Assembly (NCBI RefSeq): GCF_964355755.1
Contig: NC_092670.1
Coordinates: 15,858,795 to 15,922,794 of the forward strand
From: Antedon mediterranea
Lineage: Eukaryota > Animalia > Echinodermata
Reading direction: 5' to 3'
DNA length: 64,000 bases
Shown: positions 1-12,532 of the stretch, piece after piece
How the letters are laid out: every line of letters begins with the position of its first letter
Numbering within the stretch: position 1 is the first letter of the stretch
Notes under the pieces: model-generated
Database searches by the model: none
What the model saw: the letters and a program-made list of their open reading frames with translations, nothing else
What the model was told of the DNA's origin: nothing
Made by a program: the position numbers and the translations under genes

Positions 1-932
1 TCTGAATAACGATATTTTCAGAACTTGTCGTTGTCTCTTGGATTATTCTAAAAATCAATATGTATATTTAGTATAAACGGGATTATAATATAGATTAGTC
101 TTTCAATCTGGATATTATTAAAAGGCATTCATGATAATCTTTTTGCTTTTTTTTATAGATTTTACTCAATCGTACGACTGGCGAAAGTCAAACTAAGAAA
201 TACGTTAGTTTACAAATATGTATTTATAATCGTTTGTTGATTCACATCCGCGACCCTCGGCAAATGTTTATTGATAACACGTGCTATTCGTAAAAGAAAT
301 AAACTACTTTATTCCAATTTTTCCTACGTGCCAAAACATGTTTGTTGCCAGCCATGTGGATAGCGGTACCCCCCCCCCCCCCCCCCCAAACATTAAATTT
401 CCTGTTTTAGTACAGTAAACGACGGCTGTGTTTAGAAAGTTAAAATAGCAAGATATCCTAAATTGTACTCATTTTTTTTTAAATACGTTCAAATGTAGGT
501 CCTACGTCATCGTTTAAAAGCGCGTACGTAATTTTATCCCCTTCAATTTTACCAAGAATAATTTAAATAACTTTGTAAAATTTCAAGACATATTTATATA
601 GTATACTACTGTATCAATGCTTATTCTCGCATAACTGCCAAATTCAGATCTACTTATAATTAGAGGGTACTTCTTTTAATTATAGTACTTCAATAACGTA
701 TATCTTAATGTCTTAAATACAAAATATGTATTGTTGACAGTGTTACAATTGAGCCGTAAGACAAAAGACAAACAAAGAATTGAACATATTTATTATTTTA
801 TTTCAAAACAACGAGTTGAAGAAAAAGTGTTGTGTTGGAATTGATAAAGACCTAGGCTAAGTCCAAGGATTTTGGTTCCAATTTGGAGTCTGAATATTGT
901 GAACCATGTGTGTGCATATATTATATTTTGAT

Positions 933-1086
933 CAGTGGCGTAACATAGAGACCCGAGTTCCCTGGTTTAGGAATCCTAAGTGGCCCTCTAAAGCTGCAGG
1001 CCTCGGGCGCTTTTAGCCTTTTCAACATATTTTAATGCCTGTGTCTGGGCACTGCTCAGGGGCCCCTGGGTTTAGCAAAACCACTG
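933..1086. mobile_element. hAT-like MITE downstream of the MRPL12 stop codon
   Basis: Termini CAGTGG...CCACTG, GC-rich interior, and an imperfect 8-bp flanking duplication ATTTTGAT/ATTACGAT. Confidence 0.55.
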
Positions 1087-1219
1087 ATTACGATCATTTA
1101 TATTTAATGGCTGCAGAATAGAAAGAACCAAATACAGTTTGATGATGTGAAATTCAATCTGTTCAATAAGGTCCACCTATGATACCATCATACACATTAT
1201 AATAATCTTATATTCTCTT

Positions 1220-2794
1220 CTATTCTATTTCACACTCTCCTCCAACTTCAGCCATCTTTTTCTTGATTTCTTCTGCTTCTTCTTTAGCTATGTCTGCTTT
1301 TAATACCTGCGGCACTGACTCAACAAACTTTTTAGCCTGAAATGTAAATTTAAAAACATTTTATAATGAGACGATAGCCGAAATCTCAAGAACGTTTGCC
1401 TTGAGAGGTATGTTTTAAATTGTATTAATTTTTTTGTTTATGTCTTTAGGCGCATGTGACCAAGGATTACCAATAGTAAATTAATCACTGTCCTATCAGA
1501 TAGGTAGTAATCCCCCTGATACAGGGGCTATTTAGTGAACCAGTTCATCGGGGTAACCCCCTACTCATCTTGAATGATGACATGGAGTGCACACAGGTTA
1601 TAAAAAGGTACTGTATTAAGTAATACTCATTGTTTGATGTGATATTGCTTTACAATTGCTGCTGTCATAATCATGTCTGTTATGTTTACCTGTACAAGGT
1701 TCATGGTTGGATTCAGTGCTTTAATTTCTTTAATCAATTTAACTTTGCTAGCTGTATCAAATTTGTTGAGTTTTATTGAAAATGATGTTTGCACTTGTTT
1801 AGCTGGAGCACTTTCTTCTTCCTCCTCATCCTGTTGGTGAAAAAATGTACAAAAAGTGATTTTTATCATACACAGTAGGCCTACTATGTATTTAAAAATC
1901 AGAAATGGGGTGTCGTTAATGCACAGTAATTCCATTTATCCGACCATAATGTGAGTCTAGGCTTACCTTTTGTTGACTCTGTTGAACTGGTGCTCCATAT
2001 GACATGACAGGAGCATCTTGTATATTTAATCTTTCCTAAAAAACAATTCAATAAAATTTGTGCTTGTATTTTGGTTCACATATAAAGAATCAAAGGGAGC
2101 TAACCATACAGTATATTATTTTTTCAAACTTGAGTTGATGTTCGGCGTGTTCTTAGCATAGTGTACAAATGGACAAATATCATTTATTGTTAATGTTAGT
2201 TATATTATTTTTATGTTTTTTTTATTTCTAGTATGTTGTATTTTGTAACATACCTTTAAATGCTGATTTAGTTGAGACACTTCTAGTAAATTAAGTGTTG
2301 CAATCTGGTCAACAATATTTGTTATTTTTTCTGGGTAGACTTTAGGTTCTCCTTCCAATGCTGGCAAGGGAAGTGGGCTAGTACAGAGTGGTCTCGAATG
2401 GCTGCAGGATGAGCATCGTAAATGTCTTCTTTCTACTGATTTCTCTAGCCTATTTATTAATAATAAAAAGCAAAGTAAGAATGATTAAAGCTATGCACGC
2501 TGTCCAGCTAAAACCGAAACACTGAAGTCATTATAGTATGCCAGGCTTAGGCCTAGCCCTTTACCGGTTATTCTTCACCATGTCCACTGAGCGACCACCG
2601 AACCGGGACGCCTGTCACTGTGCTGCCAGCGGTAGTATAGCCTACTAGTACTAGAGAACACAGACTCAGTAGGCCTAGGCTAGAGAAATATAACAAAATT
2701 CACATTATAAAATGGGTAAAAATATAATTTACCTCCATAGTTTATTGTGTGTTCTGAAACTTTTCCACAATATTCGAGAAAAAGAGGAGCTCAT
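1220..2794 (-). CDS. MRPL12: Mitochondrial ribosomal protein L12 (bL12m), 5 coding exons, 194 aa
   Basis: Exons 2794-2733, 2449-2254, 2035-1967, 1830-1690 and 1336-1220 are joined by GT-AG introns with consistent phases (585 nt). The N-terminus is basic and Ser-rich like a presequence (MSSSFSRILWKSFR). It contains YPEKITNIVDQIATLNLLEVSQL and an L7/L12 C-domain, [57 protein letters not shown]. Confidence 0.95.
1535..1600 (-). mobile_element. Fragment of the Deu/Nin SINE in MRPL12 intron 4
   Basis: CGGGGTAACCCCCTACTCATCT is the reverse complement of the core of the full copy at 37082-37405. Confidence 0.55.
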
Positions 2795-3690
2795 ATTTAA
2801 AAATGTTTATTTTCAAGTTTCTTTTCGAAATTGTACAAACCATGCGTTTTCCACCATGAGACAAATTAACCTTTGACATTGAAAAACATCGTATCTCGCG
2901 GCGCGGCGGCGGACACGGCGTGGGATCGGATCGCGAGACCTTGTATGAAATTCATTCATCATGAGGTGTGGGGTCGAAGAGGGATGGGAGACAACTTAAA
3001 ATGTTCTTTTTTTCACTTTTCAAAAACAAACTCAATATCGGATATAATAATAACAAGCCACTGGCTTTCCGATCTCCGGTAGATAATCCGAAGATAATAA
3101 AAAATCAGATATTATAATAAAATAGACTTTTGGATTTATTAGATTAAGCCTATATTTGATTTGAACTGACTTCCATCTTTTTAAAATTAAATCAAATCCA
3201 TTTACAACATTGTCCTACAAATACTATAAAACCAATATAGATTGAAAGGAATTATGCTACGGAAAATTGTGGTTTTTGAAAAAGTTCCATAGAATATTAG
3301 ATGTCGCGTTCTGATAGGCTTATCTAACTTAAAAGGAGGATGTCCATTGTAGTATAAAAGTACTGGCGTACTCACAAAAAAATAGATCGTGTGCCAGTTT
3401 TTATTGTGACAATCATCTTATCTTCCAGTCAAATTATTTAGCGTTTCTGCTCAGAATTGCGACATTAAGTTTTGTGAACTCATTTTAGGTAGGCATACTC
3501 TTGAACTTAAAGGTGTAGCCTTGTACTTTTCTATCAAGTTTTAAATATTGTACAAATTAGGTAGGCCTATTCCCGCTGATCTAATTTAGATGAAGTTAAC
3601 CATTATTTTTTATAAAAATACCAGGATTTTTTTTATATCGTATAGTATTTTATATTCTTTTTTACCAATTTTTCTACACAGAAATACAAT
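2795..3690. promoter_or_regulatory. Divergent promoter region between MRPL12 and the subtilase gene
   Basis: The two start codons are about 900 bp apart, head-to-head. A CpG-rich patch at 2893-2940 contains TCTCGCG and TCGCGAGA, and TATAAAA occurs at about 3353. Confidence 0.5.
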
Positions 3691-6600
3691 ATGAAGAGGC
3701 CAATCAATGTCATTTTATTTTCGTATATATTGGCGACTGCTTTTGGCGGCAAGCCTGACGGACTGCCACCTGGACAGGGACGTGGTCTAATCGATTCCTC
3801 GTCGAAAGAATTTCCCCGCATTGAAAACCAGTACATTATAATGTTGGAGGTGAGTAAATTGCCAAATTTACATATAAGGTTTGCATGGCGAAATCAAATG
3901 TTGATATAAAGTTTGCGGTAGGCCTACACCACGTATATATAGTTCTGAAAAGTTATAAAGCTATATACTTCATATCAACAAATTTAGGCCTAATATCAGT
4001 CAGGGTCGTTTGAAATCAAATCTCAAGTATAATAATCCGGATCATCTGCGCCGGCCGGGTTGCCGCAATTTCAGTTTACTTGTTAATTTAAGACTGCTCG
4101 CCAGCTTTTTAAAAATTCTGTCCTATCTTTTAACACTAGCAGGTCTGAAAAGTATACTAAAAAGTAGTCCATGGTCTTAATGGAATGGTCCTTGGCCACA
4201 TATCTATCTGTATATTCATTTTGGTTTTGTAATTACTTTTTGAGTAATTCTGCTAACAAACAAACAGACATACAAACAGACACACAAACAAACACATGCG
4301 ATCGATTGCATATACCTCCTTGGCGGAGGTAATAATGCCATTCAGATTATCATGTACTGTACAAAGATGTACAGAGTATAAGTTGTTTATTTGTAATTGA
4401 TTGTCCTGTTACAAGTGCACTATACAAAGTGATCCCATCGTACCACGAGTAAACATGAGTATAAGACATCTTACCGTTATGCGTAACCGGTTTCTATAAA
4501 GATGTATTATTATAATAAGGGTATATTAGTCAATATATGCATGTCTTCCTCGGTTTCCTGTTTATTCTGCACGGTATTCGTCTGGTGATTCCAACTTTTA
4601 GGCCTAAACAACTCCAAAAAGTGTGTCTATGTTATGTTTTTGGGATATTATTCGAGATGACTACGTAGCACTTACAATGTTGATAATAGCAAACAGTAAT
4701 ACATAATGACAATCAAAATAGTGTATAGTGATTCATTTAAGAAAATTGTCTCCGAATTAAAACAAATGTGTGTAAATGAATGCTTATTTTTATGTATATA
4801 TATATAGGAATCTGTTGATCTTGAAGGAGCGAAAAGTGAGATGGGAAGACTCAATAGTTTCGTTCACAAAAGTGACATGATTCTCACAAACAATGGTGTC
4901 GACGTGTTTAAAGGCTTTGTGGTAAAAGATCTGAACCGTGGTAGAGCAAATACTGTAAGTAATCACAACCATTCTATTTCTGCAGATAACCTATATCAGA
5001 TCGCTCAAAACAGTGATGATTCGGCGCGATTTAACTAACATATAAATTCATTTTGTAAAATAACGCAACGCAAACGAGTTGACCAATGACGAGCGATAGA
5101 ATATTCAATTGCTTGTACTTTGATTGGTCAAATCACTTGCACTTGGGAACCAAGCTTAACAGATAGTTTGATATCGATTTATCGGCTCTTTGTGCACTTA
5201 CAAAAATGATAGCGAATATCTTTGGTCTGATTTTATTAGTACTTTAGTTTAAAAATCCAAAATTGTCATTAGTTTTCACTATTTTCACTTACAAGATTTA
5301 TGATCTAAATTCCGAAGTGGACCAGTAGAATTTCTTGAATCTTGATTTGTTTTATAAAATAATGTCCATACTTCACTGTAGTTACATGTTTAGCGTATTT
5401 AAATACTAAACGTGTTTATGCTACATCTTGTTTTTCTTCCACTCGTTTAGCAGTCAACATGTCACATGTTCAATTTCTCCACGTTTAGGTGCGTGTTTTT
5501 AGCTTTGCGTGAATACGATGTTACTGTAGCGAAAAAAGCTTCACAAATGAAACACGTTTAAACCCTAAACGTGTCTTTAAATTGCTCCACATGTTTGACA
5601 ATCAACACGTCACTGATGTGTTGATTGTCAAACAAGTGGAGCAATTTTAATTAATTTACATGTTTAGAATGTGTTTAGAACCTAAACATGTTTAATGCTA
5701 AAAGTATGGAAAAAATGGGTACAAAACATGTTTAAGATCTAAACACTATTTTTACAGTGTTTAAATTGGTTTATCTACAGATTGCTTCAGACGCGAGGGT
5801 TAAAGCAGTTATCCAAGATATGGAAGTCAAGACAACTTCAACACCATTGCCGGGATTAGATAGAATCGACCAGCGCTTCCCACCTCTCGATAATTTTGAT
5901 TTTATTCCAGAAGGTATAGTCAATGTTTACAACATAACCTCCTCCACCACCACCCCAGCACGAGACCAGGACATATTTCATGTTAATGTTTTGTCCGGAG
6001 GCAATATTGATCCTGCTTCCGGAGAATGTTTTTATTTAATTTACCAATGGATGTAGGCCTACTTGAAAAAGTATTGAAAATTGAAAAATTTAGGAAGGTG
6101 AATGGAGATAGGCCGCAAATAATTCTCTTTTATGTGTGTTGGATGGAAGGTGATGTTAATCTAGCTATTGAATAATTTGTATTACGTGTAGGATTTGGTC
6201 ATGACGCCCACATCTATATAATTGATTCCGGTATTCGGGTAACTCATGACGATTTCAACGGCAGAGCTTTTAATTTTTTAGATGTCGTAAACCCCATAAT
6301 TTCACCACATTTGGTAAGTGCACTCAGGCCTTAGTAAACATAATATTTATTATTAGGTACAAAATAAACTAACTGAAAAAATAAATAAGAGAACGTGGTT
6401 CTGTTTGTGTATTATAACATTGATATCCATTTTATATATTACACCCCTAAGCAGGCAATATCTGTATAATATAACACTTTCCTTTTATTTAAAGTTTGTA
6501 GATTATTCTGGTCACGGTACAGCTTGTGCTAGCATAGCCGCCGGACGCAGATATGGTGTTGCCAAGTGTGCCACTGTACATGCCGTTAAAATGATCGATC

Positions 6601-9600
6601 CTTTTTCTCCGTTTTCTCTTGCAGATCTGTTCACCGGTAAGATATACTTATTTTTAATTGATTCCTTGGCACATGAACGCAATAATTAAATAAATAACGA
6701 TGCGATGATCTTCCAAATTAGTGCTTGTGATTGGTCAATTAACTTGCGTGGCGCATAATAAACTGTAATGAATGTGCCAAAAAGTGGGGTGGGGGAGTGG
6801 GGGATGTTTCAAATTGGTTTCTGAATTGTACAGGTCGAGTGCCAGTGGCCTTCAACTGTGCGAAATGAAGTGAAGATGCCTGGCCACTTTGTACTGTTTC
6901 CAAAGCCTTGATGATGAAATTATGGAAAACAATAAGTGATATATAGAGAGGCATTTGCTGCTCTCTCTGCATACAGGTCTTGTAATCACTCGCCACACAC
7001 CTAAACTGCTCTTGAGGAGTGCGATTTGCATGCAACACACTTGAATTTCTTCTTCATACTTCATAAAAAACTTCTACATACCAACATATAATTGCACACC
7101 TGCGACAGCAATTTGTTGTACACATACAATTTTCTAAAGACAAGCCTGTATGTAACGTATTATTGTTTATATTTACCTGAAATGTATACACCTTTAAAAT
7201 GATAAGCTGTTCATGTTTTAAGTTAATATACACTCATTGATCTATCTGTCTTTTTGCAGCTTTGCTTCTTACTGCCGGCAACGCACAGGCACCAGCCGTC
7301 ATATCATTGTCTCTATTTACGGGATATAATGAAGTGCTCAACACAATTGTTGATTACATTACCAATACATACGAAATACCAGTGATTGTTACAGTTGGAA
7401 ATCCGATCTCAGGTTTAAACCCTTGTTTGCATTACTCTCCTACATCAGCTGCCGAAGTAAGTAAAGGCCAAGTTCTTTAGTAGCTACTAGCCTCGTGATT
7501 CTTCCGTATGCTTCTTCCCAACAAAGACGCAGCGCAAGGACGTAAAACACAGCAAATTAATACGGTAAGTCTGAGAGATGAGTAGTCGATTTAGTGCATT
7601 ATATTTTACCATTGGTTTTATGATTTTTGTGTGAGACATACTTTGGTACATCTGTAAACCCAATTTCAGATGTCAATGATCTATTTTTCACGTAATTTTA
7701 CTAATATCTTTATTTTATGGCACAGTATTTCATGAAATCGTCAATTGTTTTGGAATTAGGCTCAATGTAAAGCTGATGAATCATACTAGACATTGATTAT
7801 CATGAAAAGTCATTTCCAAAAGAATTAATGAATTTCATCAAATATTGTGCTATAAAATAAAGATATTGGTAAAGTAACGTGAAAAAATAACTGACCTCAG
7901 ACCCGAAAGTGCATTACCAGAATCAATTAAGAATTGGGTTTTCAGACGTATCAAAGTATGTCTCACACAAATATCAATGGTAAACTATGTGCACTAAATT
8001 GATTCATCTCTCAGACTCTTGTGTTTGTACGTGTGGCGTTGCGTATCTAGTGGAAAGCTGTATAGCTGCGTACGTAATTCTTTAATAGTTAGTAGTCCTA
8101 CGTGATTTTAGTCGACCTACGTGATTCTTCAATAGGCCTACGTGATTCTTCAGTAGGCCTATTGAAGAATCACCTACGTGATTCTTCAGTAGACCTACGT
8201 GATTCTTCAGTAGGCCTACGTGATTCTTCAGTAGGCATAGTACGTGATTCTTCAGTAGACCTACGTGATTCTTCAGTAGACTTACGTAATTCTTCAGTAG
8301 ACCTACGTGATTCTTCAGTAGGCATAGTACGTGATTCTTCAGTTCTTTAGTAGACCTACCGTACGTGATTCTTCAGTAGGCATGGTAGACCTACGTGATT
8401 CTTCAATAGACCTACCGTACGTGATTCTTCAGTAGGCATAGTACGTGATTTTCCAGTAGGCCTACGTGATTTTCCAGTAGGCCTATACGTATACTGTACG
8501 CGATTCTTATTTTTTTCACTATAAGAATGTATTCGTGCGGATCGTTTTGTTTTAAATATGCGTATTTGTGTTCATAATTCCAAAATACTTTTTGTGATGC
8601 GAAAAAGCAACCAATCAGAGCTTAAGAAATTTCGCAAAAATAGAGATCGTATAACTGAGAACGGGCTCAGTGAATTCGTTTACCTAAATTATTTCATCTA
8701 ATCAAATCTAATACATTACTCTATAGCTTTACATTGTTATTTATATTATATTTCAGGCGTACGTCGTGGCGGGAACTGACGCCGTATCGGACACACCGTT
8801 GCCCGGCCATGCGTCATGTGTGGATATGTTTGCACCCGGTGTATTAATCGAAAGTGCAACTCACCTTAATGATTTTGGTTCAAAGTTTAACACTGGGAAT
8901 TCGTTTGCCGTACCTTTCGTAGCTGGTAAGAGATCTTCACTATTCAATTTGTTTCATTGATAATTGTCCTTCTGTACTGTATCTCCAAATGGCATTTAAT
9001 ATTATGTACTGTGTATCAAAGGTAAATTCTGCAATACAGGGTATAGTACATGAAGCATATACTATTTTAAAATTACTTAGGCATTTGGCCTAAGATAGAG
9101 GCGTCACATATGACGTCACACTGCGTCACTGATTTTTTCCGATTATACTGTGCAATACTGAGTATCTACCGATGTCAGAGTCATCATCATTCTGTTAATC
9201 ATGGAACTCCTTGTGAAATATCTGTATAGGAAATAGGAAAAACTAAGCTTAATTGAATTGGATTAAATTCGATTTGATTCTAATGCGCGCATGATAGAAT
9301 TTATCCAATTAAGCTTGGAACCCACCTATGACGCAACACAAGGACGTAAGCGCAATAACGTACCATAAATAAATATCTAAACTGTCGCTTGTCGTTGGTC
9401 AATTCGGTTGTGTTGCGCTTACATCATTGCGTTGCGTCCTATAGTGGGAACGAAGCTTTAGGAAGCTATCAATTTGCGACGACCGACAACTAAACTACGT
9501 CAATTCATTGTGCGCATGTAGAGATATTCGGACAGACGTCCTTTCTAGGTAGGTCCAGGCGACGACCAACATCGCCCTGACCTAGGTTGGTGGTCGGTCT

Positions 9601-9845
9601 TCTCAAATCGAAAGCTTCCTTACAGCGAATGAAATTCTGGTGCAAGTGTAAACAAATATTTGTCTTTTACATGCAAAGGTGTTGCAGCCATTATACTGGA
9701 CCTCGAGCCATATTTGACAGCAGATGAAGTGAAGGAAAAGATATCCGAAACTGCAACTCGAAACATCATTTCAGGAGTATTCACTTCTGAAAACCATCTT
9801 CTTTATACTTCTCCATACAATGAGACACTAAAAAGATGTGTTTAA
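3691..9845 (+). CDS. Secreted subtilisin-like serine protease (S8A, proteinase K/aqualysin-like) with I9 prodomain, 8 exons, 411 aa
   Basis: Exons 3691-3849, 4808-4954, 5781-5913, 6192-6313, 6495-6636, 7260-7456, 8757-8925 and 9679-9845 are GT-AG with consistent phases (1236 nt). Features: signal peptide, prodomain (IENQYIIML, FKGFVV), GLDRIDQR, Asp motif IYIIDSGI, His motif GHGTACASIAAG, oxyanion VTVGN, CVDMFAPG and Ser motif TGNSFAVPFVAGVAA. Confidence 0.92.
4065..4332 (+). mobile_element. 3' part of a non-autonomous Helentron-type element (same family as 39260-41420)
   Basis: Closely similar to 39660-39890. It has a (CAAA/CAGA)n tract and the terminal hairpin TACCTCCTTGGCGGAGGTA. Confidence 0.7.
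5374..5759. mobile_element. EnSpm/CACTA-like non-autonomous element in subtilase intron 2
   Basis: Termini CACTGTA...TACAGTG with TT on both sides (2-bp TSD). Many subterminal AAACAYG/CRTGTTT motifs occur in both orientations. Confidence 0.55.
7568..8017. mobile_element. About 450-bp foldback element with long imperfect inverted repeats
   Basis: Inverted pairs AGTCTGAGAGATGA/TCATCTCTCAGACT, TGTGTGAGACATACTTTG/CAAAGTATGTCTCACACA and AATATCTTT(T)ATTTTAT/ATAAAATAAAGATATT. Confidence 0.75.
8095..8490. repeat. About 21-bp minisatellite (GTAGRCCTACGTGATTCTTCA)n in subtilase intron 6
   Basis: About 16 directly visible copies with small length variants. Confidence 0.9.
9312..9457. mobile_element. 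Palindromic MITE family 1 (AGCTTGGTTCCCACTAG TIR), Kolobok-like
   Basis: Same TIR and inverted CCAAT-containing core as the copies at 19745, 20941, 42640 and 61977. Confidence 0.75.
9459..9622. mobile_element. MITE with AGGAAGCT(T/A)TC(G/A)ATTTG TIR abutting a family-1 copy
   Basis: TAGGAAGCTATCAATTTGCGAC...CTCAAATCGAAAGCTTCCTTA. Related ends occur at 10680-10920 and about 49630-49652. Confidence 0.6.
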
Positions 9846-10003
9846 CTGTTAAATTATATAAAACATTTAGTTTAGTAAATATCGGTATTTAAAATGACGT
9901 AGGGAAGAATACATTATTTTTTGCTGTATGAGCAATATTTAAAGCAAACTTCACAGTTACTATATAAGCTATATTATAGTAGTAAAATGCAGTGTAAGTT
10001 TAA

Positions 10004-10596
10004 AGGCCAGGTACGGGCAAAAAATTGTTATTGATCATACATTCCAATAATTATCGATCTATAGTTTCCCTTATGTTTCATATTTTTTGGGATTTTATTT
10101 GTGTTACACAAGCTTGTTAAAAATAAGCACTTTCTTATCAGTGGGGGGATAGTTCAAATTACACAGTAAAATCTCTATTCTTTTATACACAAATATTGTA
10201 AATAGAGAGGCATTTTAAAAAGCTATGAAAAATAAACGGTATGGTAAAAAAAGTTATCAGATGACTAAATATAGGTAATATAACTTGAATATTACATTTC
10301 TGATATTTTTATTCAACTTCAGATTTTTATTTTCATGCTATAGCAAAAATTATCCACCGTATATCCACCACTTTTTTCACCGTCTAGGGAGTCACCAGAC
10401 ATGTTATTACATTAGGTTAACTACCTAACTACTGAAAAAAAGTCTTCCTGGTTTTTATGGAAGAATTTGGCCAAATTTTGTATTTGACCATATTAAGGGA
10501 AATTCATGTTTTTTCGTCTTGATTTCTGTTACAAATATTTGATTTATGTACAATTAACCAAATATTATATTTAAAATTCATGCCTGTACCTGAGCT
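10004..10596. mobile_element. 593-bp non-autonomous DNA transposon with TTAA TSD (Kolobok-like)
   Basis: TTAA|AGGCCAGGTACGGGCA...TGCCTGTACCTGAGCT|TTAA. The 16-bp TIR matches at 13 of 16 positions. Confidence 0.7.
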
Positions 10597-11677
10597 TTAA
10601 GGTTTGATGAACGAAGTGTGAATCACGGATTGTTAGAAGGCGTATACTGATGCCTTATTATAATAATAATATTGATATTAAGAAACTTTCGATTTGTGAG
10701 AATTCATGACGTCATACACTAATCCCACACGTTTAGTTTGGTTTTGTAATTTTTTTCAAGTCGTGGGACTCAATCTGGCAGATTCTAGATTAAGTTAACT
10801 AGTTTGTTATATCATAGACTAGGCCTAGAAGTTTTGGGATTTATTAAAATCGATTTAAGACTTAATGACGCAATGTATGTCACAATAGTTACTATAGGTC
10901 GACGTCACAAATCGAAAACTAACTATTATTTATCTTGTTTCCATTCAATCATTTATAATATCCGTATTTAACGTATGAATTTATATTTCATAAAATTAAA
11001 ATCATTATGCTAAAAAATGTGAATTTCCGAAGTAATTTCTGTGTTTGTCGAAAAATGGCAAAAAACATATGACCATTTCAAAATATAATTTAACTTTGAT
11101 GCATTGTTATTGATATATGCGCATATATTGCGTTAATAACAATATTATAACCAGTTATAATCAGAATCATATAAGTTGTGATTTAAGTAACAAGCGATGT
11201 CGAAAAATAGAAAGGTCAGCATTTGCAATTTGTTGTACTATAGTACAGGGAAATTTTCGAAAAAGGGTAAAACTCGTTAATTTACATGCGCAGAATCATA
11301 TAATGTGTTCTGCGCATATAACTTATAATAAGCTAACAGTAAAATAAAAATAGAAAGGTCGAAATTGGGTAATTTGGGGATTTTTTCGGAAAATGGCCAA
11401 ATTTCGACCCTATTATTTTGTTGACATAAATGGTTACTATACGTCCATAAGATTATGATATAATATGCACATGTATGTCATAATTATTGAATAATAAGAG
11501 TATTTTGAAAAGTGTATATTTATTGGACATTTTTTATAAAAAATGGCCAACATTAGACCTTTTTATTTTTTGATACAAATGGACTATAAATGGTTACTTG
11601 ATAACGCAATATATGCGCCTGTGTGTCAACATTATTGCATAATAATAGTATTTTGAAAAGTGTATATTTTGGCCATT

Positions 11678-11783
11678 TTTAGTCGTGTGCAACGCGACTC
11701 TACAGATCACTATTTCGGTCGGTTGGTCGGTAAACACTAACTTGAGCACCCGACTGCAGCCATGTATATAATATGGCCTTGTT
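11678..11783 (+). mobile_element. Short Helentron-type (HINE/DINE-1-like) element
   Basis: Hairpin AGTCGTGTGCAACGCGACT, a GTCG microsatellite, a subterminal repeat GCACCCGACT and an end of GGCCTTGTT, in T-rich flanks. Confidence 0.6.
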
Positions 11784-12091
11784 TGAAAAAATCCTACTAC
11801 AGGGAATATATATTCCCTCGAACAACATATCATTCCTTCGGGGATGTCAAATCTTATATTTAACCTCTAAGCAGTCAATATATCTATAATATTATTGCAT
11901 AATAACAGTATTTTAAAAAGGATTTTCAAGGCCAAATTTCAACCTTATATACCAATACATACTATTGAATTAAAATAGTATTTTGAAAAGTGTATATTTT
12001 GGTCATTTTTAGACAAAATCTGTACTATTATAGTACAGGGACTTTTTTTTACATAAATTGTTACTATTCGTCTATAAGATGATTATAACGT

Positions 12092-12407
12092 ATTATATAA
12101 CACCTATATAAATTCCTGTCATTTGATTGGACGAATGTGGGTCACATGGCGTGCAATAGTACGCACTATTCAACGATCGTTAAATAGTACTTTTTGAAAC
12201 ATTTTTGTGTACGAAAAAAAAACGTCTAGATGTTATATAAAACAAATAATGAATGTTTTGTATTCGTGTAATGGTACAAATAATGGCACTTGGTGAATGA
12301 TGAAAGGTTATATCAACTCGGCTTTGCCTCGTTGATATAACCTTTCATCATTCACCTCGTGCCATTATTTGTACCATTGCACTCATAAACATTCATTATT
12401 TGTATAA
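12092..12407. mobile_element. Element with two inverted-repeat pairs and a long terminal hairpin (Crypton-like non-autonomous)
   Basis: About 75-bp arms (12242-12402) surround the loop TCGGCTTTGCCTC, and TTATATAACACCT/AGATGTTATATAA form a second pair. A partial second copy lies at 23676-23750. The family assignment is inference. Confidence 0.55.
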
Positions 12408-12532
12408 TATATGCACATATATAGCAATATTATTGCATAATAACAGTATTTTAAAAAGTGCGTATACCAATACATACTATTGCATTAAAATAGTGTATAT
12501 TTTTCGGAAAAGGGCCAAAATTAGACCTTTTT

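Noticed and set aside
428-452. Resemblance to a Cas9 sgRNA scaffold (GTTTAGA..AAGTTAAAATAGCAAG)
   Set aside because: A short AT-rich chance match with the motifs in the wrong order.
8102-8350. ORF (LRDSSV)n
   Set aside because: Translation of an intronic 21-bp minisatellite.
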